The notes beneath the pieces were generated by a model. That model did no database searches and had not been told where the DNA came from. It saw nothing but the letters and a program-made list of their open reading frames with translations. A stretch of DNA of 59,983 nt from Tolypothrix carrinoi HA7290-LM1. GTDB taxonomy: Bacteria; Cyanobacteriota; Cyanobacteriia; Cyanobacteriales; Nostocaceae. The stretch lies in the NCBI GenBank assembly GCA_019358935.1, contig JAHHIK010000044.1, forward strand, positions 1-59,983, written 5' to 3'. Numbering within the stretch: position 1 is the first letter of the stretch; the number at the start of each line of letters is the position of its first letter. The position numbers and the translations under genes are program-made. This document shows, piece by piece, positions 31,477-41,500 of the stretch.

Positions 31477-34400
31477 TTATACGCTTTTTAACCCACTCAA
31501 GATAATTCCATCTTTAGCCCGCATATAAAGCACTGGTGTGGCAAAGTCACGTTTATCGAGTCCGATTTCCATCGAAATGGCGTTGCGGGTTGTCTGGATG
31601 GCTGCGTCTACAGGGTAGCCTACAGCGAGGGTGCGGTAAAATTTGTCAGCAAAAAGCTTGGCGGTGTCGTCAAAGATAGGATATTGCATGGCGACTACTG
31701 CGGGTATTCCCCGACGCACGAGGTTTGGTGCTATACCTGCAAATACTTGATGTGAAGACATTCCCGTACCTTCACAGGAATTTAGCACAGCTAATCCCAG
31801 GCTACGGTTGCCTAAAAAGAAGTTGGCGAAAGTCTCATCATCTAAGAGTTTGGATTTGCCATTGGTATCTACCAGGGCAATAAAACCTTTATTGTTTTCA
31901 AAGATACCATGACCGATGAAGTGAAAGACATTGTAAGGCTTTTCACACAGCTTTTGGTCGATGTTGCGGATGGTGGCTGATTGTAGCACATCTAACTCAA
32001 CTTGTCCGGCATCTATGTGTTTTCCCAGTGCTTCACGGATCAGCTTTTCTTCGGTGTCAACGTCCAAGCGACGCATGTCAGTGGGACTGGAGATGACTAC
32101 CAAGATTTTCAGCGGTAGGGTAGCGGTTTGGAGTTCGCGCTTTTGGAGGGGAACGTCAATATAACGCGAGAGCGCGGTTTGGGTGTTGTTTGCTAAAAAG
32201 GTGTTGGTTGCCTGATCGTAGAGAAATTCCCACGGTAGCGCGGCTAGTTCTGGGGAGTCAAACACCAAGCGTAAGCGTACAGCGTATCCATTTGCTTGTG
32301 CGCCTGCCATTGTAGCACGCAATTGACCGTGAATCTTTGGGGGGAAAAGTGCTTGGTAGAGTTCGTTGCCTAGTCCTTTGAGTAAATCGGCATCTTTGAC
32401 TTGATGCTCAATCAGTTTCAATGTCTGCTTAATTCTGTTCATCTCCAACCGCAATTCACCCGACTCGTCACCTTGGTCTGAGGAAACGCGAATCTTGCTG
32501 TCTTTGGTAACGAATATTTGAAAATCGTGGTAATTCATGGTAGTTTGATTTTTAAGTGAATTATCTCTCGCCTGGGACAGTTCCTCTTCTAGTGGTATTG
32601 GGGAATTAAGTTTTTGTTCTGCTTCCACGGGTTGCAAATTGACATCATCAATTAGCCTGCGAACATCGACCATTTCATAGCTGTTATCGCACTCAATCTG
32701 ATACCGACCAGCTTTCAAGCGCTTACGCAAATTATCCAGAGAGTAGGAATAAGGTGTGGGACTGCCTTCACAAACTGTGCAGTTACAGGGAACTAGAGTG
32801 TTATACTGCAAACGCTCAAAAGAGTTGTGGATTTTTTCCAGTTCGTGATTGACGACTGCGAGCAATTCTTTCTTGCGATTTCCGGCTATACGGATTTTAA
32901 TTTCTTTTTGATTGTAGTGTTCAATGACTTCGGCGCGAGTTTGGTCTTTGTTGAGAACAACACCGCTTTTCCAAACGAGGTTTTGCTGTTCAATCCAAGG
33001 ATGTGTCTCAACAATGAAGCGGGTGAGCATACCCTTGGGCATAAAGTCGTATTTGTAGCGCAAAATTAAATTATGGGATTTCTCCCAGGTGTAGTCGGGT
33101 TGGTTGATATCGAGTAGTTGCGGTGCAGTATAGTTGCCGGGACGATAAGGAATTGGGTAGCAAAGTTTAAACCGGATCATTAGTTGCAGCAGTTCATCTT
33201 GCATATCAGCATATTCGTCCTGCCAGATATCAGAAAGATTCTCTTTGGTAAAACGTCCCAGATTTTGCCTGACGCTTTTATTGTCTAATACTTTGTAGAC
33301 AGCAGTCGTTCCCCATTCCGGTTTCAGGATGATGTAATGTTTAAGTGTAGAATCGTCTTGGAAGTGAAGGCAAACACCGAGGTCGTGCAGATAGCGACTC
33401 AACCGTAGCATATCTTGACGGTCAGTTAAATTATTGACTCGGCAAAGTTGGCAGTATTCTTCTAGATTAATGTAGTTGCGGGAGTCGTTTTCTAAGGCAG
33501 AACGGACTCTGACCCAGAGTTTGGGCAAAGGTGTATTGATGTGGGGAAGGTAGCTGATGTAACGCTCAATGGCATTTTTTATCTCTGGTAAACCACGATT
33601 GGTGGCTAAGTTAGTTGCCAGAACTTCTTTTAAATTGGTAAATTCTCCTCGCAACGAGCGATCGCTTATTTGACACTGACGGTCTTGTTTTTCGTTTTTG
33701 ATGATGAGAACTGGGCTATTGTCACTCAAGAGTTCCGCAACCTTAAGCCACCAATAAAAGTTGGTGTTTTCTTGGCGATTATCTGCCACTAAAGCATAGA
33801 GGGAACGTTCTGTCAGAAAAAACTGGTGGGTTTGGTGGTAGATTTCCTGACCACCAAAATCCCAAATATTGACGCGAAAGTCTTTTCCGTTGGGGAGTGT
33901 GAAGTCCCAGCGGATGACCTCAATGCCTTCGGTTGATTTCTCATTCGACTGGAGATTGTAGCTTTCGTTTTCAATTTTCTTTGCCAAAGAAGTTTTACCG
34001 GCTCCTCCTTCACCAATAATTAAGAATTTTGCTTCGTAGATGAGTTCAGTTTCGTTGGGATCTTGCACCCGGAAATAGAAATCGAGAATTTCGCTTACAT
34101 CCCCAGGATTTTGATATAATTCCTTTGGTTCCAAAATTTCAGGTGGAATAGGGATTGGATTTCTACGCAGATCCAGCTTTTTTAGTTTTTGGAGTTGTCC
34201 AAATTCCTTTGGCAGACTGCTCAGTTGATTGCTGCTGAGGTCGAGCGTTTCTAAGTTGCTGAGTTGGACAAATTCTTGTGGCAGACTGCTCAGTTGATTG
34301 TCGCTGAGGTCTAGCGTTTGTAAGTTGGTGAGTTGTCCAAATTCCTTTGGCAGACTGCTCAGTTGATTATTGTAGAGGTCGAGCGTTTGTAAGTTGGTGA

Positions 34401-35520
34401 GTTGTCCAAATTCCTTTGACAGACTGCTCAGTTGATTGTCGCTGAGGTAGAGCGTTTGTAAGTTGGTGAGTTGGACAATTTCCCTTGGCAGACTATTCAG
34501 TTGATTTCTGCTGAGGTAGAGCGATTGTAAGTTGGTGAGTTGTCCAATTTCCTTTGGCAGACTGTTCAGTTGATTGTCGATGAGGTCGAGCAATTGTAAG
34601 TTGGTGAGTTGTCCAAATTCCTGTGGCAGACTGCTTAGTTGATTTCTGCTGAGGTCGAGCGTTTGTAAGTTGGTGAGTTGGACAAATTCTTGTGGCAGAC
34701 TGCTTAGTTGATTGTCGATGAGGGAGAGCAATTGTAAGTTGGTGAGTTGAACAAATTCTTGTGGCAGACTGCTCAGTTGATTGTCGTTGAGGTAGAGCGT
34801 TTGTAAGTTGGTGAGTTGTCCAAATTCCTGTGGCAGACTGTTTAGTTGATTGCTTCTGAGGTAGAGCGATTGTAAGTTGGTGAGTTGTCCAAATTCCTGT
34901 GGCAGACTGCTTAGTTGATTGTCACTGAGGGAGAGCGTTTGTAAGTTGGTGAGTTGGACAATTTCCTTTGGCAGACTATTCAGTTGATTTCTGCTGAGGT
35001 AGAGCGATTGTAAGTTAGCGAGTTGGACAATTTCCTTTGGCAGACTGCTCAGTTGATTGCCGCTGAGGTAGAGCGATTGTAAGTTAGCGAGTTGGACAAT
35101 TTCCTGTGGCAGACTGCTCAGTTGATTGCTGCTGAGGTCGAGCGTTTGTAAGTTGGTGAGTTGGACAATTTCCTGTGGCAAACTGCTGAGTTGATTTCTG
35201 CTGAGGTTGAGCGTTTGTAAGTTGGTGAGTTGTCCAAATTCGTTTGGCAGACTCGTTAAGTTATTAGCAACAATCTGAAGTTCTTCTAGATGATTAAGTA
35301 ATCCAATTTCCGCAGGTAAAACGCTCAGGTTGTTCCCGATAGTACCGACAATACGACCCTTTTGATCATATTGGTATTTGCCGAGAATCAGCTTTTTGAG
35401 TTGAGTCAGCTTACCAATCTCAGCCGGTAAAGCTGTCAAGTCTTTGCCAGAGAGGTCTAATTCGGTTGCCCCTTCTGTTGCAGCTTGTTCAATTAGCTGT
35501 AGCAGTTCTTTCTCGGTCAT
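31477..35520 (-). CDS. LRR - Roc GTPase - COR - CHAT (caspase-like) protein
   Basis: 15 core 23-aa LRRs; GEGGAGKTS, STEGI, DFGGQE; COR motifs (YLHDLG, FMPKGM, CNCTVC); CHAT LPWEFL, HFIGHG, LNSC, VVAMQ. Confidence 0.92.
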   Translation of the reverse strand: MTEKELLQLIEQAATEGATELDLSGKDLTALPAEIGKLTQLKKLILGKYQYDQKGRIVGTIGNNLSVLPAEIGLLNHLEELQIVANNLTSLPNEFGQLTNLQTLNLSRNQLSSLPQEIVQLTNLQTLDLSSNQLSSLPQEIVQLANLQSLYLSGNQLSSLPKEIVQLANLQSLYLSRNQLNSLPKEIVQLTNLQTLSLSDNQLSSLPQEFGQLTNLQSLYLRSNQLNSLPQEFGQLTNLQTLYLNDNQLSSLPQEFVQLTNLQLLSLIDNQLSSLPQEFVQLTNLQTLDLSRNQLSSLPQEFGQLTNLQLLDLIDNQLNSLPKEIGQLTNLQSLYLSRNQLNSLPREIVQLTNLQTLYLSDNQLSSLSKEFGQLTNLQTLDLYNNQLSSLPKEFGQLTNLQTLDLSDNQLSSLPQEFVQLSNLETLDLSSNQLSSLPKEFGQLQKLKKLDLRRNPIPIPPEILEPKELYQNPGDVSEILDFYFRVQDPNETELIYEAKFLIIGEGGAGKTSLAKKIENESYNLQSNEKSTEGIEVIRWDFTLPNGKDFRVNIWDFGGQEIYHQTHQFFLTERSLYALVADNRQENTNFYWWLKVAELLSDNSPVLIIKNEKQDRQCQISDRSLRGEFTNLKEVLATNLATNRGLPEIKNAIERYISYLPHINTPLPKLWVRVRSALENDSRNYINLEEYCQLCRVNNLTDRQDMLRLSRYLHDLGVCLHFQDDSTLKHYIILKPEWGTTAVYKVLDNKSVRQNLGRFTKENLSDIWQDEYADMQDELLQLMIRFKLCYPIPYRPGNYTAPQLLDINQPDYTWEKSHNLILRYKYDFMPKGMLTRFIVETHPWIEQQNLVWKSGVVLNKDQTRAEVIEHYNQKEIKIRIAGNRKKELLAVVNHELEKIHNSFERLQYNTLVPCNCTVCEGSPTPYSYSLDNLRKRLKAGRYQIECDNSYEMVDVRRLIDDVNLQPVEAEQKLNSPIPLEEELSQARDNSLKNQTTMNYHDFQIFVTKDSKIRVSSDQGDESGELRLEMNRIKQTLKLIEHQVKDADLLKGLGNELYQALFPPKIHGQLRATMAGAQANGYAVRLRLVFDSPELAALPWEFLYDQATNTFLANNTQTALSRYIDVPLQKRELQTATLPLKILVVISSPTDMRRLDVDTEEKLIREALGKHIDAGQVELDVLQSATIRNIDQKLCEKPYNVFHFIGHGIFENNKGFIALVDTNGKSKLLDDETFANFFLGNRSLGLAVLNSCEGTGMSSHQVFAGIAPNLVRRGIPAVVAMQYPIFDDTAKLFADKFYRTLAVGYPVDAAIQTTRNAISMEIGLDKRDFATPVLYMRAKDGIILSGLKSV

Positions 35521-35750
35521 GAGTAATTAGGGGGAGGGGAGGGGGGAGTGGGGGGACAAGGGGGAGTGGGGGGACAAGGGGGAGTGGGGGGACAAGGGGG
35601 AGATAGCTAGTGGTGGGTTATAACGAAGTTTAACGCACCATTTATGGTTTTAGGTGCTGTACTTTCTGCAATAATACACCCGACGGTGGTTTTATATTTA
35701 ATTCAACCTACCTACTTAGTACAGCGATAAGTCTGATTTTTTCGTATAAC

Positions 35751-36212
35751 GAGTGTTTGATACTGATTCGAGAGTCTTTGAACCTGATTAATCACTCTTT
35801 GAACCTGATGAATCAGTCTTTTATATAGATGAATCACTCTTTTATATGGATGAATCAGTCTTGGAACCTGATTAATCAGTCTTTGATACTGATTAATGAG
35901 TGTTGGAACCTCATTAAAGAGTCTTTTAACCTCATTAAAGAGTCTCGGAAATAGATTTGAGAGTCTCGGAAATAGATTTGAGAGTCTCGGAAATAGATTT
36001 GAGAGTCTCGGAAATAGATTTGAGAGTCTCGGAAATAGATTCGACAGTCTCGGAAATAGATTTGAGAGTCTCGGAAATAGATTCGACAGTCTCGGAAATA
36101 GATTTGACAGTCTCGGAAATAGATTCGACAGTCTCGGAAATAGATTCGACAGTCTCGGAAATAGATTCGACAGTCTCGGAAATAGATTCGACAGTCTCGG
36201 AAATAGATTCGA
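35751..36212. repeat. 22 x 21-bp tandem array (9 variable units, then 13 x (G/C)AGTCTCGGAAATAGATT(T/C)GA)
   Basis: Exact 21-bp phase from 35751, no spacers. Confidence 0.9.
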
Positions 36213-36330
36213 CAGTTAATGAGCAATTTTCGTAGGGTGCGTTATTGTTCGTAACGCACCCAGCACATAATCTTACTCGTAGTAAGCGCTGTCTTCGCTT
36301 ATTTTAAGCACTAAAGTGCTTACTACGTTG

Positions 36331-36550
36331 TCAAAACAAATCTAAGTCTGTCAAGGCACCAAGACTGCTGGAAGATATTAATTTGGCATATTTCCCTAAC
36401 ACACCCTTCGTATAACGAGGTGGACGGGGTTGCCAATTTGCACGACGATTAGCTAATTCTTCATCGGATACGTTTAATTGCAACAGTCGCGCATGAGCAT
36501 CAATTGTGATACTATCACCTTCTTCCACAAGAGCGATCGCTCCCCCAACT
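36331..36550 (-). pseudogene. ilvD: 3' fragment of ilvD (duplicate of 44429-44648)
   Basis: About 16 substitutions in 220 bp, no indels. Confidence 0.9.
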
Positions 36551-36551
36551 C

Positions 36552-36654
36552 TTTCTGTTCTGTCTTTTTTCGCATTTTTTTAGTGACACCAGACTTGATT
36601 GCAGCACCTAGTCGTGGGGGTGGGTTAGCACTTTGGATTCGAGATTGAAGATAT
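36552..36654 (+). pseudogene. 3' fragment of the 29922-30521 gene
   Basis: Near-identical to 30424-30527, with 4 substitutions and a 1-bp deletion. Confidence 0.88.
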
Positions 36655-36822
36655 AGCAATTCTCCTTTCATGGTGAATAAGAGCGTATTTGTAGGGACAA
36701 TTCATGAATTGTCCCTACATTCGCCGTGATAATATATTGTACACAAACGATATACTTAATTGCGGTTTTACTTTTCTGAAGTGGGAATACGAAAATCAGT
36801 AGTTTCTTATACTTTAGTAATC

Positions 36823-37554
36823 ATGGCTTATATTGAGAAAATTCTGGAAAAATTACAAAATCTTTCTGATACGTCACTCCAAGAAGTTCTAGATTTTATT
36901 GATAATTTGGAGTCTCGAAATCGAATTGCTAAACTATCATCACCAACAGATAATGACGAATCCCTACTAATAAACTTGAAAAAAGCAACTGCACACTATC
37001 AAAACGGGATCGCAAAGTTGCAATTAAAAGAATATCAACAAGCGATCGCAGAATTTAATTACGCATTACAAATTTATCCCAATTATTCAGAAGCTTATTA
37101 CTACCGTGGTAAAGGAAGACACAAATTAAATGATAAAGAAAGTGCAATAGCGGACTTTCAAACCGCAGCCAAACTTTTTTGTGAAAATAACCTAGCTGAC
37201 GAAATGGCTAACTGGACTGTTTTTGAATTAGGTGAGTCAAATAGAAAAGAAGCTATTGATTATCTTCTCCAATATTTTGATGCTAATAGCTCATATGATG
37301 AAAAACGACTTGCGGCTTCTGCGATAAATAAACTAGCTAAAAGCTTCAAAACAAGCTGTGAAATAGCTATACCACATTTATTAAAGAATTTATCTGAACC
37401 GGCTCCACAAGTAAGACAATATATTTTAAAAGCGCTAGATGCAATCAGTCTACCTGATGATGCAATTCTTAAAATAAAGGAAATTGCTGAAAATGATGAT
37501 AAAGACTATAACCGCAATCTAGCGCAAAGAATATTAAAAAAGTATGATGAGTAA
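36823..37554 (+). CDS. TPR + HEAT-repeat protein with a DUF2281-like N-terminus
   Basis: LQEVLDFID N-terminus; YQQAIAEFNYALQIYPNYSEAYYYRG TPR; PHLLKNL...PQVRQYILKAL HEAT. Confidence 0.7.
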   Translation: MAYIEKILEKLQNLSDTSLQEVLDFIDNLESRNRIAKLSSPTDNDESLLINLKKATAHYQNGIAKLQLKEYQQAIAEFNYALQIYPNYSEAYYYRGKGRHKLNDKESAIADFQTAAKLFCENNLADEMANWTVFELGESNRKEAIDYLLQYFDANSSYDEKRLAASAINKLAKSFKTSCEIAIPHLLKNLSEPAPQVRQYILKALDAISLPDDAILKIKEIAENDDKDYNRNLAQRILKKYDE

Positions 37555-37555
37555 G

Positions 37556-37672
37556 TAGATCGGGTATAGAGGAATTGAAACAGCTTCACGCTCAGAAGTT
37601 GTCAAAAACTTTTTCAAGCCGAGGTCAATACTTGTAATTGATTCAGGGTTTATATCTGGTTTAATATTACAA
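37556..37672 (-). pseudogene. tnpB (IS200/IS605 family) remnant
   Basis: Minus strand reads NIKPDINPESITSIDLGLKKFLTTSE, resembling RuvC-I GIDxGL..F..TS. Confidence 0.6.
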
Positions 37673-37927
37673 TCAGAAATGCCAGTGCGATCGCACTTCC
37701 ACAGGTTGAGTTGACGCTAGGAAACCCAACATCTTTTTCTCATCGGCTTCAAGCTGCCGTTCAAAGCGATCGCTCCTAAGCGCCACAATTCGCACTACTT
37801 CTTGCTCATCATTAAACACTACCTGTAACGGTTCGTCGGGATCTATACAAATATTAATGATTGGGCGTAGGCTAGCAAGCACCGCAGGCATCGCTTAATA
37901 TTTATCTAGTGAGCAGTCGTTCGTCTT

Positions 37928-38260
37928 ATGACATTAGCACCCACCACAACAAAGCAGTATGTTGAGCAGCGAGACAAAGGATATTGGATCGAAGGAACAC
38001 GCATTTCCCTAGATTCAGTTGTTTATTCCTTCTTGAACGGAGAGTCCCCTGAAAGCATTGCCCAAAACTTCCCGCTATTGTCACTAGAGCAAGTTTATGG
38101 TGCGATCGCTTTCTATCTTGCTAACCGAGAAATGATTGATGTGTACTTAGAAGAAGGTTCAGCAGAATTTCAACAGTTGCAACAATCCTTTAGAGAAAAG
38201 AATCCGCTTCTATACCAAAAATTGAAAGCATCTCTTGCCCAGAAGCAACGCTCGGTATGA
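37928..38260 (+). CDS. DUF433 antitoxin
   Basis: GTRISLDSVV...GESPESIAQNFP.LSLEQVYGAIAFY. Confidence 0.85.
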   Translation: MTLAPTTTKQYVEQRDKGYWIEGTRISLDSVVYSFLNGESPESIAQNFPLLSLEQVYGAIAFYLANREMIDVYLEEGSAEFQQLQQSFREKNPLLYQKLKASLAQKQRSV

Positions 38261-38286
38261 CAAAGGCTCGATTCCAAGCTGATGCT
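38257..38286 (+). pseudogene. truncated DUF5615-like toxin start (MTKARFQADA)
   Basis: ATGA overlap with DUF433, then an abrupt switch to STRR sequence. Confidence 0.55.
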
Positions 38287-38294
38287 CACCGATT

Positions 38295-38558
38295 AGGGGG
38301 TGTGGGGTGTAGGGTGTTGGGTGTGGAGTGTGGGGTATAGGGTGTAGGGGAAGAAAAAAGCCCCGAATACTGGATACAGAGCAAGTATTTTCAAGTATGG
38401 AAAAAGAAAAAGATGTATGTAGAGACACATGATGCCGAAGTTGAGGTGTCCTTACTTGAAACCCCTAATCTTAACTGCGGGGTCCCCACACCCTACACCC
38501 TACCCCCTACACCCTTTTCATTCTACTCCCCACACCCTACCCCCTACACCCTACACCC
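38295..38558. repeat. STRR arms (GGGTGTA/TACACCC) around a ~130-bp core
   Basis: Inverted heptamer arms. Confidence 0.75.
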
Positions 38559-38563
38559 TCTTC

Positions 38564-41500
38564 ATGACGCAGTATCAATATCAAGTTGGAGGCAGTCTCC
38601 CTGAAGATGCTTTAACTTATGTCACCCGCAAAGCTGACACAGAACTTTATGAAAGTTTGCAAGCAGGAGAATTTTGTTATGTACTAAATTCTCGGCAAAT
38701 GGGAAAATCAAGCTTGCGGGTGCATGTGATGCAGCGATTGCAATCTGAAGGAGTTGCTTGTGCGGCAATTGATATTACAGCGATCGGTACATCAGATATT
38801 ACCCCAGAACAATGGTATGCGGGGATTATTGATACTATTGTCGGCACATTTGGGCTTTACAATGATTTTGATTTAGATGATTGGTGGACAGAGAACGATT
38901 TGCTCTCACCAGTGCAGCGTTTAAGTAAGTTTATCGAAACTGTGCTGCTAAAGTCAATTAGTGAGAACATTGTTATTTTTATTGATGAAATTGATAGTAT
39001 CCTCAGCATCAATTTTAATTTAGATGATTTTTTCGCCGTTATCCGCGACTGTTACAACCGACGTGCAGACCAATTTATATATAAACGCTTGACATTTGCA
39101 CTGTTGGGTGTATCAACACCTTCCGATTTAATTGGGGATAAGCGACGCACACCATTTAATATTGGGAGAGCAATTGATTTAAGTGGATTTCAACTTGAAG
39201 AAGCGCAACCTCTCGCAACCGGATTAGCAGGAGTAGGTGACTCGCAAGTATTAATGCAAGCTGTGTTGGATTGGACTGGGGGACAACCGTTTCTCACGCA
39301 AAAGGTTTGTCAGTTGGTGGTGAAATTTGCCAATCAATCTTTAACTTTACCAGAAATAGTTGCTGATGTTATTCAAAACAAGATTATTCAGAATTGGGAA
39401 ACGCAAGACGAGCCAGAGCATTTAAGAACACTTCGGCATAGACTGTTGCGAAGTAGCGAACAGCGTACCGGACGATTATTAGCTTTGTGTCAGCAGATTT
39501 TGCGAGAGAAAGAGATAGAAGCTGATGATAGCCCAGAACAAACAGAACTGCGTTTAACCGGGTTGGTTGTGAAACGTGGTGGCAAGCTGCGAATTTATAA
39601 CCAAATTTATGAGACGATATTTAATCAGGAGTGGTGCGACAAAGAACTTGCAAAACTTCGCCCATATGCTAATACACTCAATGCCTGGGTTGCTTCCCAA
39701 TCACAAGACAATTCGCGTCTGTTGCGGGGACAAGCTTTGCAAGAAGCTTTACAATGGTCAACTGACAAGAGTTTAAGCAATCTCGATTATCAATATTTAT
39801 CTGCAAGTCAGGAGTTTGACAAACAAGCAGCTTTAGCAGTAGAAAAAGAAGCTAATCAAATTTTGGCACAAGCGCGACAACAAGCAGAAAAAGCTTTAGA
39901 GACAGAAAAGCAAGCAAATCAAGTTTTAGCAGCTGCACAAAAGAAAGCTAGGTGGATTTTGTTATTGACTGCAACTGGGGCAATTGTTTCTTTAGGATTC
40001 GCTGCATTTGGTTGGCAGCAGTTTAGAATAGCACAAATTGCCACAGGTTTGGAACAATCATCTGCACGTATCTTGCGGTTCTCTGAATTTCCTAGTGTTG
40101 ATGATTTAGTTGAAGCAACACAATCTGCAAATGATTTAAAAAAATTAGTCAAAGATTATCGCTCAGTTAGAGAATATCCGACTGTCAACCCGATGTTAGC
40201 TTTGCAAACCACTTTAGAAAATATTCACGAGAAAAATCGATTAGAGCATAAAGGTGCGCTTGAAAAGGTGGTGTTTAGTCCTGATGGCAAGACTATTGCC
40301 ACTGCATCAAGTGACGCTACAGCGAAGTTGTGGAACCCGCAAGGTATCGTACTTGCTACCCTCAACCATAACACAGAGGTTATCAACGTAGCATTTAGTC
40401 CTGATGGCAAGACGGTAGCAACTGCTTCAAAAGACAAAACAGCGAAGTTGTGGAACCTGCAAGGTAAGGGACTTGCCACCCTCAAGCATAACAAAGCGGT
40501 TTACAACGTAGCGTTTAGTCCTGACGGCAAGATGGTGGCAACAGCATCAGATGACAAGACAGCGAAGTTGTGGAACCTGCAAGGTAAGGGACTTGCCACC
40601 CTCAAGCATAACAAAGCGGTTTACAACGTAGCGTTTAGTCCTGACGGCAAGATGGTGGCAACAGCATCAGATGACAAGACAGCGAAGTTGTGGAACCTCA
40701 AAGGAGGGAAAATTGCCACTCTCAAGCATAAAGGTGTGGTTAGAAACGTGGTGTTTAGCCCAGATAGCAAGACGGTTGGGACTGCATCAGGTGACAAGAC
40801 AGCGAAGTTGTGGAACCTCAAAGGAGGGGAAATTGCTATTTTCAAGCACAACGATGTGGTCTACAAAGTGTTGTTTAGTCCTGACGGCAAGACTATTGCC
40901 ACTGCATCAGGTGACAAGACAGCGAATTTGTGGAACCTCAAAGGAGGGGAAATTGCCACCCTCCAGCATAACGATGCGGTCAACGATGTGGTGTTTAGTC
41001 CCGACGGCAAGACTGTGACGACAGCATCAACTGATAAAACAGCTAAGTTGTGGAACCTGCAAGGTCATAAAATTGCCACCCTCCAGCATAACGATGCGGT
41101 CAACGATGTGGTGTTTAGTCCTGATGGCAAGACTGTGGCAACAACTTCAGATGAAAGCACAGCTCGCTTGTGGAACCTCAAAGTAAGCGAAGTTGCCACC
41201 GTCCAGCATAAGGGTCAAGTTTACAAAGCGGTCTTCAGCAATGATGGCAAAACTATAGCGACAGCTTCAAAAGACAATACAGCAAAGTTGTGGGACTTGC
41301 AAAAAAGGGAAATTGCCACCCTCCAGCATAACGATCAAGTTTACAAAGTGGTGTTGAGTAATGATGGCAAAATAGCGACAGCTTCAAAAGACAAAACAGC
41401 GAAATTGTGGAACCTGCAAGGCAGCTTAATTGCCACTCTCCAACATCAAGAAGAAGTCTACTATGTCGTGTTCAGCAACGACAATAAGATTGTTGGGACT

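Noticed and set aside
34150..35260. Diversity-generating retroelement acting on the LRRs (many variable codons are NNC)
   Set aside because: No reverse transcriptase or template repeat is in the window, and AGA codons do not fit an AAC template. Selection plus homogenisation explains the pattern. A remote DGR cannot be excluded.
35751..36212. 21-bp arrays as CRISPR
   Set aside because: Units abut with no unique spacers, and there are no cas genes in the window.
35876..36235. Heptad-repeat ORFs (RDCRIYF, ESLGNRF, LINESWN, RFQDSLM) over both arrays
   Set aside because: They are open in several frames on both strands simply because the unit is 21 bp; equivalent frames contain stops in the other copy.
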